A stretch of DNA of 57,647 bases, counting the filler, from Sphacelaria rigidula (Eukaryota), in assembly GCA_964200075.2 (NCBI GenBank). It is 7 parts of 7 records of this genome, joined end to end, with 100 filler letters (N's around TTAATTAATTAA, not from the genome) between each part and the next. Parts side by side here need not be neighbours in the genome. Positions count along the whole stretch, not along the records: positions 8,252 to 16,402 come from CAXNAA020012115.1; positions 16,503 to 24,652 come from CAXNAA020012116.1; 5 more parts are not named here. One strand, given 5' to 3'. A program made the translations under genes and the position numbers. Shown in pieces: positions 9,886-22,459 of this stretch; positions within the stretch are counted from its first letter, which is position 1, and each line of letters starts with the position of its first letter. A model generated the notes under the pieces. The model was not told the origin of the DNA. It worked only from the letters and a program-made list of their open reading frames with translations, and did not search any database.

Positions 9886-12660
9886 TGTAGACTCCGGGCA
9901 ACATTGTTACCTATTACTGCAGTGGAGAAATGCGTAGCAGGCGTTTCTAGTCTGGTTGATAGATAACGGGTCTGAGAGTATGCTCGGTGGACTCCGTGAT
10001 GTATGTTGTATACAGAACGAGGCAGGCCGATCACGTCTGGTTAACGAAGACTGCTATTTGTATAGCTGCTTGAAGTCTTGAAGTCTCTGGAGCCTTGAAC
10101 AGGGAGGAAGCCCCAGGAGCAGCACTGTAACCTTGTTCTGACTGCAGGCAGGTTCACAAAAAACGTTTATTCAGGAAACTTGTCGTTTCTGGAAAGGATT
10201 TTTGAAGCCGCACCCCACAGTCTGTAAAACGGGGGACGCTCACGTTGAAGAACATGGGGGGTGGAAGCGGCGGAAAGAGAGACGCTGGTCATATAAGCCA
10301 AGGCAACTGAAGGACAGGGGCCTTTTGGAAGGATGGCAGCGCGCAGGAGGATGACCGGAGTAGAGCCGAGAAGGTTTTGAGATAGTGCTAGGGTGCGCTT
10401 TGGTATCGGTTGATCACCAGCTGGATTGCCCGGAGCGTCTGCCAAATTCGCGGCGCAATTACTACCACAGACGGGAGAATTGCAAGAGAGCTGGTTCAAG
10501 GTTGGCCAGCCGCGTTCAAGAAGAGGAGTCTACGAAGGACTTCAAAACGTGGTGAGAGCTGCGTGACAAGTGGTGCTGTGGTCGCCATAGTGTGGTGATA
10601 ATGCTCGTCTTGGTGTACGGGCAGATTTGCAGTTTCTATGCTTGGGAAGCAGCTGAATTTGTTCACATTTTAAATTTTTTTTGACATAGCAGGCTCAGGA
10701 TCAAGCACCTGAGTGTTCCAAGCACACAAAGACTGTCGTCAGCGGATAGCCGGCGCGCCGCGGCTGCGGCGGCCGAAGCGAGTAGTGGCGGTTCTGGCTC
10801 GAAAAAGCCTCACGAACCTTGTCCCACCACAGAGAAACTGTCGTCAGCGGCTGGCCGGCGCGCCACGGCTGCAGCAGCTGCTGATGAGTCGAATAGCGCG
10901 CCCAACCAAAATGCAGTGCCCCGAGGCTGTTGGCGATGTGTGGGCCGAGGTTGTCATAGGTGCGATGCTTTTGATCCTACGGGGGGATCAAGTACACCTC
11001 CGCAGAGATCTCTGCTTGAAGGGGAGGTGCATTCCAAGTTGACGGATTTAGATCCGCGCGATAGACTTTTGTTCGACGACGAGCGTGTAGCTGAGGACAC
11101 GCCTTGCATGCTCGAAGCTGCAGAGGGGTGTTATTCGCGTCATGCGGACGAGCAAAGCGGGCTTGAGACTCGCCATACTCATGGCAAATCTGTGTGCGCG
11201 GACGATATGGCGGAAGATGGTTCAAATGATTCGCAGGGGTGTCTGTTTGAAGGAGAGCTGGATGCACCGTTGGCGGAGTTGCCGCCGGAGCAGTGTGGCG
11301 CTGTGGACACGTGCATGCTGGAAGCAGCAGGGGTATGTGATCCGCGTGAAGCGGGTAGGCAGAGCGAGCTTCAGGTTTGTGATGCCATTACCGGTCATAA
11401 TTCCTACAGCGACGTCGAGCGTTCCGTAGTGTTGGGGTGGTCGTATGCACTGCTATTTACATGGACAGGTTTGTCGTGCTTGGCGGCGTTGATCGAGGTG
11501 TCTATGCCGCTGCACGGTCACGTGCTTGAGGAGGATGGTGTGATGTCATCGGGAGGCGTTGCTGTGCGGGACTGTATGGCTGTTCCCATTTCGCCTCTCG
11601 TTTCCTCTGAAGAAACGACTGAAGCACGAGCTTTCGATGATGCTCAAGCATCTGTGGGGGCAGAGGATTTATCGCATCGATTTGGCGGTGCGAGTATACC
11701 TTTTAGAGGCGTGTTGAGCTACACCATGGGGGTGCCAGGTGTAGCTAGACTGAAGGTGCAAGAAGGGAGTGTCCGAGGGGAAAGGCGCTGTGCGCGGGGC
11801 TGCGGTTCGAGTGCTGCTGCTTTTTCTCAGGAGCGGGCTGGAGGACTACAAAGAAGGCATTGCCTGAGGTTTGTAGAGTAGTCCACCTCCAGTACACGTA
11901 CGTACAGGTTCATGATGATCTGCAAGTGGAACAATCTGCTGTAAGTGGTGTCTTGCCGACTTGTCTGTCCCAAGTGCAGGGGCAAAGGTTGTTTGTCCGG
12001 TCACGGCTATTTTAGATTCAGGATCTGGACTTACGACCGTGTCAGCTGGTGTGGCGGCGAAATTGCAAGCCATGGTTCCAGATGTCTAAGTGGTGAGATC
12101 GATGGTTGATGAACAGCTGGTGAAATCGGCAAATGGCAATGTTGAGCGCGTGAAGCAGAACACTTGCCCTGTCCGCATCGCTTTACACACCAGCTGGGGA
12201 TCGGTTGTGCTGGACCCATGTTCATATGTGGTCATGCCGGGTACCGATGATGTGATCATCATGGGAAGCCCTACGCTGGAGGCGCTGGGCATTGACGTGT
12301 ACAGTAGCTTAGGTGCCTGTGCACGTGCAGGAAACACTTCGGTGCGAGGTGTAAACACGCCTGATTTCACGGACTGTTGGCGTGTCAGTACCGCGGTTGA
12401 CACTTTACAGCAACCAGGAGGTCGGGCGGAGTCCGTTAATTCCTCAGTCGAGCGGTTGTTGTCGAGAAGTCCGGCGATGAGCATATCCCCCGAACAAGAG
12501 CTTGCTGAGCTTGATGTTGCGCTGGAGGAGGCAGTACAAGCCGCCGCGGGTAACGGCATATCGGATAGCGACGTGAGCCAAATTCGTGAGCCTTGTGGTG
12601 AGCGCCGCGTTGGGTGCTGAGCAAGTGCTGAGGTGATTGAGTACTTGTTGAGAATGAGGA
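9886..12660 (+). mobile_element. Degenerate, 3'-truncated Ty3/Gypsy-like LTR retrotransposon (LTR, gag-like region, protease; RT absent)
   Basis: LTR-like 9886-10189 starting TGT and followed by TGG. Gag-like repeated peptide DTPCMLEAA in ORF 10916..11881. A retropepsin motif lies downstream. Confidence 0.7.
11946..12320 (+). pseudogene. Retropepsin-type aspartic protease with a premature stop
   Basis: VTAILDSGSGLTTVS (LDSGS at 12012-12026), in-frame TAA at 12087-12089, then ..DDVIIMGSPTLEALGIDVY, the typical C-terminal ILG-like motif. Confidence 0.85.
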
Positions 12661-13376
12661 AACTCATTATGACTGGTATTCGCGAATCGTTTTCAGCATG
12701 ATTGCAGATTGTTATTGTGTAGTTTGTGGTCACGTTTGCGAATGAAACATGCTTGTTGAGTGAATATGATCGTACCGCGTGTGCAGGGTGAAATTCTGGC
12801 GTACAAGTGGATATTTAGGGTATGTGTGTCGTGCCGACCTGGTTGGCACGGACGATGCATGGTGTTTACTGGGAGGAAGGTCGCATTGCATGTGCTGGGT
12901 GAAGTGCTGGCATGCATGTGTGGAATGTTCACTACATTATGTAAGTGCGCATGGTAACTGGCGAAGAGTCAGCGTGAGGAAATTTGCAATATACTGCTGT
13001 ATGCTGGATAGGGTGAACATTGTATATTCCTACTCACACAGACCCGCGGCGGAGCTCTCTTCGTGCGGTTTGCGCGTCCTGACTGTAGGAGATGGTGATT
13101 GCTGCTGTTGGCGTTGAAATGAGCAGACACTACGAAATGCGTATACTCGTATGTGCGCCAGGAAAACGCGAGTGGTTTTGTGGCTGAAGATGACTGATCT
13201 TTGGCTATGAAACTCTTTTGAGGGAATATTTCATTTGCGTCTGGAAGGATCATGTGGATGGAGTGTCCGTTTGTCTAAGGGAGCGGTGCAGGTCAGGTGC
13301 ACGTCTGCTGGGATATGAACTGCATTTTATTTCGCGGTTGATCGACCGATGGGATATCGCGGTCCTCAATCCAAGT

Positions 13377-13655
13377 TGAGATATTCTATCTGGGTGTTTT
13401 ATTACAGAGCCCTCCTGGACTCAGAACAAAGTCACAAGATTGCTCCAAGGGCTTCCTCCCTCACTAGGGCCTGAACACTTCAAGACAGTTGTTATTCATT
13501 AACACAAAGCCTTTGTTATCGGTGTTCAAATCCACATAGTCTGCCGATCAGACCCGCAAGTCCCTTAACCAATAGAAAACGCCTACAGCAGATTGTTCCA
13601 CGTTTATATCATCATGAACCTGCTCGTACGTGTACTGGAGGTGGACTACTCTACA
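13377..13655 (-). mobile_element. LTR (~279 bp, TG...CA) related to the 9418/9886 LTR family
   Basis: The minus strand runs TGTAGAGTAGTCCACC...GAATATCTCA, followed after 3 nt by TGGATTGAGG (PBS-like). Its first ~70 bp recur at 11872-11943 on the + strand. Confidence 0.6.
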
Positions 13656-14159
13656 GTGCTTTCTGGGATGTACTCGGTCAAAACGAGTTTGAGAACGATA
13701 TCACAAGGGGTTATCAATGATGGCGGGGGTCGAGGTCCGTTTGCCGTTGTTGGATTGGTATACATGGCTTGAAAAGCTATTCGAGCTGTGGGTTCTTTTT
13801 CTTCAGTATCTTAGTCATGAGTTGAGTGGGGCGAAGAAGAGGTGTGCGAGGCACACGTTTTCACGGAGTTGAACAAGCAAGAGGCCAGCTGCGTTCTAGA
13901 CGTGTTGGATACTTATTTGATTCTAGTTTCAGGTATATTTCTTTATTGCTTGGCTGTTGCCCTCCGTTGCGCAGGTGTTAAATGTACGAAAGAGGAATTT
14001 GTGTGTTGAACGGTATCGAATGCGAGAGACGAATTGTCACGATGGCTTCAAAACTTGAAGTTCGTTGACGTTTGCATTTTCTTGCCGGTTTGACGTCAGG
14101 AGACTTGTTTGAGGCGGAATTACTATTTGAGACGGGAGCACTGCGAGGGGGCTGGCTCG

Positions 14160-16241
14160 AGGTTGGCCATCCGCGTTTAAGAAGAGGAGTTTAAGAACTT
14201 CAAACACGTGGTGAGATCTGCATGAGGAAGGGGCGCTGAGGCCATTGTCGTTTGGTGGCCAAGCGCGTCTTCGTGTATGGAAAGTTGTTGTTTCTGTGAT
14301 TGAGAATCAACGCCGGTTTTTCTGGAACCGCTGATGAGCCGTTGAGCTGTTGAGGTGCTGCTTTTTCATTGTACACCATGTACACATGCATCCACCTGTC
14401 CTTCTAGCAGACACCCCTGCAAATCATCTGAACGATCTCCCGCCATGTCACTGGCGCAAATAGATTCACCCTGAGCATCACAAGCCCCAAGTTTGCTCTG
14501 CTCACTCTCATCACGAAGATAACACCCCCTTGCAGCGGTGAGCATGCAAGGTGTGTCCCCAATCACCCTCTGGTCCGGCGGCCACAAGCAACCTGGACCT
14601 TTGCCGCTCAGCGCTAGCTCATCGGAGCAAATTAGCTCCGCGCTTCCAGCAGCAGCGGCAGCAGCGGCTGGATAAAATATTCTCGCTTGAGCCACCACCT
14701 CCTGCTCAGCGCACTCCTGAACGGCAACAGCGGCAGCTGAGCTGCCTGCAGTCTGCTCGAGCTGCGTGGCATATTTGCCCTCTCCAACACCAATACCAGC
14801 AGCATCCAAACCAATGCTTACCGTAGTACTGTAGGCGGGCGCGCTCTCATGCCTACCCTTTTTGGCAGACACGTGCTGCGTCTCCTTCCCGCTCTGCACG
14901 GTGGAAGCAGCTGCCCTGTATCGTGGTTTAAGACGCGCTCTACCGACTGCACGTTTGGCGGGTGCACTATCGCGCCTACCACCTCGGGCAGACACATACT
15001 TCTTGGCTTTCATAGTGTAAGCATCTGCCCTGTATCATTGTTTCAAAAGCGCAGCACCTACTGCACGTTCGGCGGGTGAGGTGTCGCCGTGCCTGGCTCC
15101 ACCGCCGCCGACCTTGACACTATCTTGCACCACACTCGGCGATGCATAAGATGCATGCTTGCGCAGCGCAAAGAGCAATTTCCCTTGCCCAACATCATTT
15201 GCACCATCCAAAAATGTGTCACATAGACAGTTCTCGATATGTGCGGGCATGAGGCCAGAGACCGCTGGCTCCTCAACAACGCGCCAGCGTGCTTGACGCT
15301 CGTTCGTTGCGTGCACCTCACGAAGGTAGTCCTCATACTTCCGCAGAAACTGAGCAGATTTTTCACTTGAGAACTTGCGACCGTGGTAGAGTAATCCAGA
15401 AATCGTACACGGACAGCGCGACCATCGATGACAACATATTGTTGTGGCGCACGAACAACATGGCCGTCCAGCGCGACATACTCCTGCACCTCGTACATTT
15501 CGATCAGCAGTACAGCACTCCCCACGCCTTTTTGAAAACGAAGTCGCCTCCCACTCACAGGAACAACAACTCTCTCCTTACACCGAGACGCGCTGTACCA
15601 ACTAACAACGACGACCACACACGCCTCTTCCTCACGCGGTTCTCACTAAGTCTTGAAGTCCTTGGATTCCTGGTCTTGACCGTACCTGGCCAAGCATGGA
15701 ACAAGCAGCTCTCGCTGGTTCCACCAGGTGATAATTTCGCCGCTTCTTCTGGGACGTGCACGGGCTCGCCAGCTGTCGGTCAACCCCCGGCACCTGTCGC
15801 ACGAGCGATACCACAGCCCACCACAGCACTGCCTCAGAACCTCCTGGGCTCTACTTCTTCAACTCCTCGCGACGTTAACACGCCTTGAGCTGGTCTTTTC
15901 TGCTGCAAACTGATCAGGCCTGCAGACTTTCCTATCTTGAAGTGTCAGCTGCTTTTCAGCGGACCTACCACTTGTCAGCAAGCGGACTTAATGAACGTTC
16001 ATTTTAGACCTCTGTCACTCAAGATCAGATTGCCATGTGGACTCCTGCCATCACGGGCACATGGACTCGAGCAGCTTTAGTTATTCATATATCAACCCTC
16101 AGCATAGTGCATGAGAACAGGACCATAGCCTCTCTTCACCAGAGTGGGAAAACCGGCTCTACTCGTCATGGAGGTCACCATCACAGAGTCAGGCAATCAG
16201 ACCCGCAACTCCACCTACAAAGTCCCTGACCTTAGGTAACA
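14160..16241 (-). mobile_element. Second degenerate Gypsy-like element: LTR 16241-16036, PBS-like 16035-16018, gag-like region
   Basis: 206-bp TGT...ACA segment immediately followed by TGGCAATCTGATCTTGAG. The downstream sequence is homologous to 10340-11400 (AGTAGAGCCCAGGAGGTTCTGAGGCAGTG; DTPCML motif). Confidence 0.6.
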
Positions 16242-16402
16242 ATGGTGGCTAGGTCTACAGGTGGCTCGGGGCTGGATGAGAAGCGTGAAGGGAGCGGCGA
16301 AGCCTGTTCGACTGTTCAAGATGATGAGGCGCAGGAATATGTCATCGTCGATGGTGGTGTTGTTCCTTTACTGGTGCTGGAGGTGCCGTACTACGGCCGC
16401 AA

Positions 16403-16502
16403 NNNNNNNNNNNNNNNNNNNNNNNNNNNNNNNNNNNNNNNNNNNNTTAATTAATTAANNNNNNNNNNNNNNNNNNNNNNNNNNNNNNNNNNNNNNNNNN
16501 NN
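16403..16502. other. Artificial contig spacer
   Basis: N44-TTAATTAATTAA-N44. Confidence 0.98.
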
Positions 16503-16549
<47 letters not shown>

Positions 16550-16570
16550 AACAATAACAACAATAATAAT
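16503..16570. repeat. (AAT)n microsatellite
   Basis: Direct reading. Confidence 0.95.
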
Positions 16571-16586
16571 CACCGGCGTGTGCTCA

Positions 16587-16722
16587 CAGCTACACGTCGA
16601 TATCCTACACAGGGATATCAAGGGCCCTCAGTGGCAAGCTGCTACAGAAAGCATATTGGGCCTCGTGAAGGCGCATTTTGGAACCGAAACGATTCATTCA
16701 CTACTTGACCGCTTTTCACTCT
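16587..16722 (+). repeat. Dispersed repeat family copy. Other copies lie at ~6900-6985 (-) and, split by an insertion, at 43320-43419 and 44765-44810 (-).
   Basis: Shared motifs CACGTCGATATCCTAC..GATATCAAGGGC and GCATTTTGGAACnGAAACGAnTCATT. Confidence 0.8.
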
Positions 16723-18612
16723 CAATCGTATCCCCTGCTCTAAATTTCACGAAAACATCGTTATTTGTGTACAGTAAACCATTTTGTACTCAATATTTCA
16801 GGTCCTGGACCATAGATCCTACGGTAGTTTCCTGCAGTTTTCAGCCCTTAACAATGGACTATTCACAGTCAACACACCCTGAACAAAGGCTGAACCCTTA
16901 CTCGTGGGGATGAATGTACCGCGTCTCCACGTTTGTGGCGTAATTACAATCGGCCAAGCTACGTGTATTGAGAGTCGTCAAATGCTCCTCCATAGAGCAG
17001 ATTTAAAGAGAAATAGGAAATCATCGAATTCATTTGGCCGTGGTTTTGGAGAGACTGCTGTAACTTCGCCGAAATGATGCCGGACCGACCGACCTAGATA
17101 CCGGACAGTGTTTCCACGACTAAGGGCATTCAAACCTATGTTTGTTTGTTTGTTTGCTTATTCGTTTGCTTTCTTTGGGGGGGAGGTTTGCATGGGCTGT
17201 ACAGACCGCCATTCAGGCGAACTGTAGAGAGTACGAAATGGTCTATATTAGGATATGAGGTAACGATCTGATTTGCAGGAACAAGCTGTTGTACATGATC
17301 TTACTGTGAACCTCTTGGGCGCCGACCACTGACTGTGCGTGAAAAACAGATGCTTTGGTCAAATAATGACGCAATCAAGGCGAGCCTGCGTCTGTGATCA
17401 CGGGTTCGAGAGATCAGGCTAATTCGCGGGAAAACAGTAATAATGGTAATGATGGTGAAAACAATTATAATACTATCTAGTGGTGAGCCACGGTTGACGC
17501 GCGTGGCAGAAGGGCCGCAAATATCAACGCCACGGGTCTCGCATGCGTAAAGGTTCACAAATTGGCGAAAACGAAGAATGACGCTGACGTACGCCATTCA
17601 TTATTAGTATAACCAGAGACAGACTTCCAACCCCACGGCTAATCGTCACCACTACGAAAGAGTGAGGTAAGCCTGGCCGCTAGGGGTGCTAACGGGGGCG
17701 GTGTTAGCCTTCGAAAATATCCGGGCTGTTCGGCGAAATTTTACCGACCATCGACCGCTCTTCTTTCGCATCCTCGGATACACGTGATTTTAGACTACAT
17801 CCTTGAAATGGAGAAATTGTGCGTTAGCTCTTAGACGACGAACCCCTCTCAGATGGAGTCAGATGGACTGTGCCACATTTGGAAATCTGGACAGCTCTTT
17901 TCTCGCTACACAAAACGCCTTTTTTTTCAACAACAAGTGAATGTTGGGCATCATCTGCATAGAAAAGAGTCCCGAAAAGCCCCTGACTAGTTTGGACCTT
18001 GAAGTCAATTGCTCACAGAGTCAATGTGCGTGCTGTATGTCTTCGCTGGACACAACGGCAAGGAACGGAAAACGTGCAATCGCTCTCCACTGGACACCGT
18101 CTGCTGCATGCTGCTGATGTCTCTGCTCAGTGTTCCACAACGACACTACAGGCAGCACGAAGCCGTGCTGGTAATACATGAGGCGTCGAACAGGCGGCAC
18201 AGACGGCGAGCATGGTAAAAAGCTCTGTATTTGTGTGCCCATGTAATCTATGATTGAATTGTCATCATCATAATGAAGAATGCAGCTAGACAGCGAAGTA
18301 GTCAACCTGCAGGGGAACGAACCAAGTGGCCATTTTGATAGCCGTGATTGGTCAGAATGGTCAACCAGCTCCTCTAGGGACTCACTCGTTCCTGGCTTAG
18401 ACTTGACAAAAACAAATCCGGGAGGAACTTCGAAACAAACACGGTTGACTTGGTGGACTTTTCGGCTGTACGGCGGACAGGCCCCCACCCCATGAGACCT
18501 GAAGGTATGTTCGTGAACGCTGGTTAGTACTTGATTTTACTTGATGTCAGAGTGAAGAAAATTATGATGAAATATATGGTTTGGGGCAGGTGAGCAGTAG
18601 ACCGAGCTCGTT

Positions 18613-19703
18613 CAGAACGTATTTTCGTTCAAATTCGCCGCCGCAGGTACTGAAGCGAGGTCTCGCAAGGCACACTTTGCTTGGGAAAACACTCTGCACC
18701 TCCCTTGCCCGAGGGTTCTCGGTATGCCTTGGTCGGGGGGTCAGGGTTGGGGTGAGCGTTAGGGTTCGCGGCACCTGAACAGCGCCAACCATTGTTCTCG
18801 AACATATCTTCAGGTCGCCTCCCCTGACCCCCCGGCAAAAGCCACCCCTCTTCCCCCTGGAAACCTCCGGATGTCCCTGGACTGCCATCCTGTGAAGCTG
18901 TTCCGAGGCAACGCTTGCTGTCGAAGGGTTAAGGTGACGCCCTCCCCGTTCGGACGCCACGTACACCTCCACAACGCTGATACATCCCAGGTTTGAACTT
19001 TTTTTTCAAGTGTTTTTCAAGGGTACCCTCAAAACCTGCAAGAATAAGTACTCCCCCGACTTTTTTGCTGAGTGCGGGGCGTGTGCTGAAAAAAGAAGTT
19101 TTGACCCGGTGCATTCACATTCGAAGCGCACAACGCAAAAAACAGCGCTCGAATCGCAAACATCGCCGAGGAGAACTGGGGTGTCAAAGTCGGCCCCTCG
19201 AAGGAGTCGCCCGACCAACCCGCCGTCCTCAATTGAAGCAAATGAAAATGAGGGTAGACAGAGGGGGCTGGTGTCGGGGAGGAGGGGGCTTGGTCGGAAT
19301 CAATTTAAAAGTGGCATGAACATCACTCAGTGCCCAACGTCAAGCAGTGGCACTCCAGAGGTGACATTAACGTCACTCACTGTCCAACGGCAAGCAGTGG
19401 CACTCCAGAGGTGACATTAACGTCACTCAGAGCCCAACGGCAAGCGATGACACTCCAGCGGTTGCAGGGCAGGCATTGCCCAACAGCCCGGTCCTCAGCG
19501 GATTTCGAGGACCAGTGAAGCAAACGGTAGCTTTTGGGTTTCGGTAGTGAAGACACTACCCCTAACCCTATCCCTAACCCCAACCCCAGGCATACCGAGA
19601 ACCCTTGGGCAGGGGAGGTGCATAGAATTTCCCAGGCGAAGTGTGGCGTTGGTGGATCCCAAATCGGCACCTGTAGCGCCGATTTGAACGAATAGGCGTT
19701 CTG
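18613..19703. repeat. Pair of diverged ~150-bp inverted repeats (18613-18766 and 19559-19703) ending inward in TTAGGG-like tracts
   Basis: The shared core TGCACCTCCCnTGCCCnAGGGTTCTCGGTATGCCT appears in opposite orientations, each followed by degenerate telomere-type hexamers. Confidence 0.7.
19318..19462. repeat. 50-bp tandem repeat, nearly 3 copies
   Basis: CrTCACTCA starts at 19321, 19371 and 19421. Confidence 0.9.
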
Positions 19704-22027
19704 CACACGCGAGGACCACACGGGACTATCAGCCCTACTAAAGATCCGAGTCTCGTCGTTCACACCCGAATCAAGCAATATCAAATATGGACATATGGTA
19801 ACCCAATGCCGGTTGACACCGCCGTACACACCGAGCCCCGAAAAAAACACGCACAGATACGTGCATTAGGTTTAGCTTGCATCTTCTTGCCAGTCGATGC
19901 GCATTAGCGGTAGGTAGCCCTTGCTATGATGTACACACAGCAGCCTCCGTTTGACGGAAGTTCGTTTGGAGACAGTTCTGAAAATCTCAACAGGCGTGAC
20001 TGAAACATATGACTAAACCACGTTGCACCTTCAGAACACGCACAGACATCCAAAGCATAGGTGCAGCATGCCTGGTGCAAGCGCCTGCTAGTCTATACAC
20101 AGTGCTCTTTGTTTCAGGGCAATCCCGGTGGTGTTGGATGAGGGCCAGCTGTGTGTGCGCAACACAATTTGCTCAAGATGGAGTCGTGAACCGTTTTTTT
20201 CATATGAGCGCATATTTTTGTTTCGGAGGTGGCGGGTATGTACATAACGTGCAACGCGTAACATATTCACAAGATAGTATAGAGCTCAACTGCCCACCGT
20301 ACTGGTACCCAGTGCAATTGGATAGATAGGAGAGGGCGGAGAGCGAACATCACACTGCGTTCTAGCAGCGCACGTACGCCGGACCTCTCGCTATTGGCCG
20401 ACGGGTGTGCAGGGTAGATGGCGGTGGTTTGTGACGCTAATAAAAAAAACTGAATGGCTGTGCATGGACGCGGTAAGTAAGTGAGTAGTATCGGTAGACG
20501 CCAGGGCTACAGGGTTTTCAGATTATGTGGGCAGATATACAACTTGACCGTTCATCACGGATCATCTTTCGATCTGCGTCTGCGGGACTATAGAGGAGCG
20601 TGACAGTTTTTCCTCTCCAGTACGAGCGTTTAGTGTAAAATATTATCCCGAAAATGATCAGTTTTCATTTGCACAAAGTATGGAAAAACCGGACGTTAGT
20701 GTATTTATCTATGTATCGAGCGGGTAGACGTTAACGCTATTATAATGATACATGTGAATAATACGTTTGATTGATAAATAGGGAGTGGGGACGACATCAT
20801 GCGCGATATTTTTTCTGCTAGAAGCCCTCACGAATGGTGCTCGCAAAACAGAAAGGATCTTGCACAGCTATCATAGCGTCGGGGTCACCAATGTCGAACA
20901 CCAGCCGATGATTTTATTCCGAAAAGAGGTTTGGCGCCCCAAGTGGCCATTGTCCTGCAGAAGTGTAGGCAATAAAGTCCGGCAAACATTGCGTCAAGTG
21001 AAGTTTGCGCAGTTGCAGTGATAAGGCGACCACGAAAAAAGGCGGCCAGCACAAACAGCGAAAACACGTTGAATACGTGAGCTTCTTGCCGAGAATAACT
21101 CACACCGAATGTACGCTTGAAGTATGACAATATTCAGCGGTTACGGTGCCGGCACGCCAAGTCCAAGCGAGTGGTTGAGCTGCCAGACACAGCCAGAATC
21201 CTGGAGCTGACGTCGACTCACGTGTTCAGAGTACAGTGTGTTGTTACGGGACCCGGGAGCGAGCATGTATCGTACACCGTCTCCGAGAGGTTGGCACGGG
21301 TTCACCGTGAGTCGAAGAGATCGTCGTGACAACCGTCCGAATATAGGATGGTAGGATGATCACAAGGTTGCGCATTCGAGCCGGCCTCGATCACCGCGAG
21401 AAGAAACAAAAAAAAGCTCTTGCCGAACTCAAGCAGCACACAAAATATGGGCTGGAACTCAACACTGTACTTCATTACTGTGTTCTCCCCATGCCTTCCA
21501 TCTTGATAATTCCTGCCTTCCGTGTACCCCTCCCCCGAGTTGGTGTGTTGTTATGTGGCGCTCTTCTTGCTACGCCTATTTTAGTATATTCGTATATATG
21601 GTTGTCCCTCTAGGGGTATAAGGATAGAACCCTGCGATTCCTATCGTTATGGTTTGTGACCTTTGTTCCTGAGATCGGTTTCATTGTCGCTTGGCCTTGC
21701 GTGTTGAGCGGAAACAATGGGCTCTGCCACCAGTAGCCCGAATGCTCCGCCTGCGGCACCGGAAATCGTCAGTTTGGAAGTATTTCTTTTTAATTTGTAT
21801 CGTGCCTGTGTGAATTTCAGTAGATTCAATTTTAGCATCGTTATTTCCTCCTACCTTGGTTTGGGTAGTTAGACTGTGACCACGGAAGGCGTCCACATCA
21901 GATACCTACCAATAGTACGGAGTACTGCGCAGACATCTGAATGATTTTGAATTGTGAAGACAACGACAACAAAATGACCAGTACAGAGTACTACTGCGCA
22001 GACGTCTGAACGATTCACTAATGTGAG

Positions 22028-22067
<40 letters not shown>

Positions 22068-22093
22068 GCCGTCCCAACGACAACAACAACAAC
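22028..22093. repeat. (CAA)n microsatellite, interrupted
   Basis: Direct reading. Confidence 0.9.
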
Positions 22094-22118
22094 CGTCCCG
22101 TGTCATTGTACTACGAAG

Positions 22119-22459
22119 TCATGATGTGTGTCCAGAAATAATCGACCAGATAAGATACCCGATTCTCGCTGTCAAAATTCGCTATATCGCTAGGATAGCT
22201 GATACATCGTATCGCGTGATATCGCACGATGCCGGACACGATATCGGGGTATTTGCTTCCATACTTTTACGAAGCGTCTAGAATCTGGAACGAACCTGTT
22301 GTTCAAAAACACAAAAACTGCACATATCGTATCTTGTATCCCGCGATGTATCGTACGGTACGTGATATCGCGCAATGTTGAGCGATATCGGTACGATATA
22401 TCCCGGATATATCGACATATATGTATATATCGATATTTGACATAGGATACCCATCACTA
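22119..22459. mobile_element. 341-bp non-autonomous hAT-type MITE
   Basis: Perfect 8-bp TSD CTACGAAG (22111-22118 and 22460-22467). Imperfect TIR TCATGATGTGTGTCC vs TAGTGATGGGTATCC. Dense subterminal ATATCG/CGATAT motifs. Confidence 0.75.

Noticed and set aside
19318..19462. 50-bp repeats as CRISPR
   Set aside because: Contiguous tandem copies without spacers
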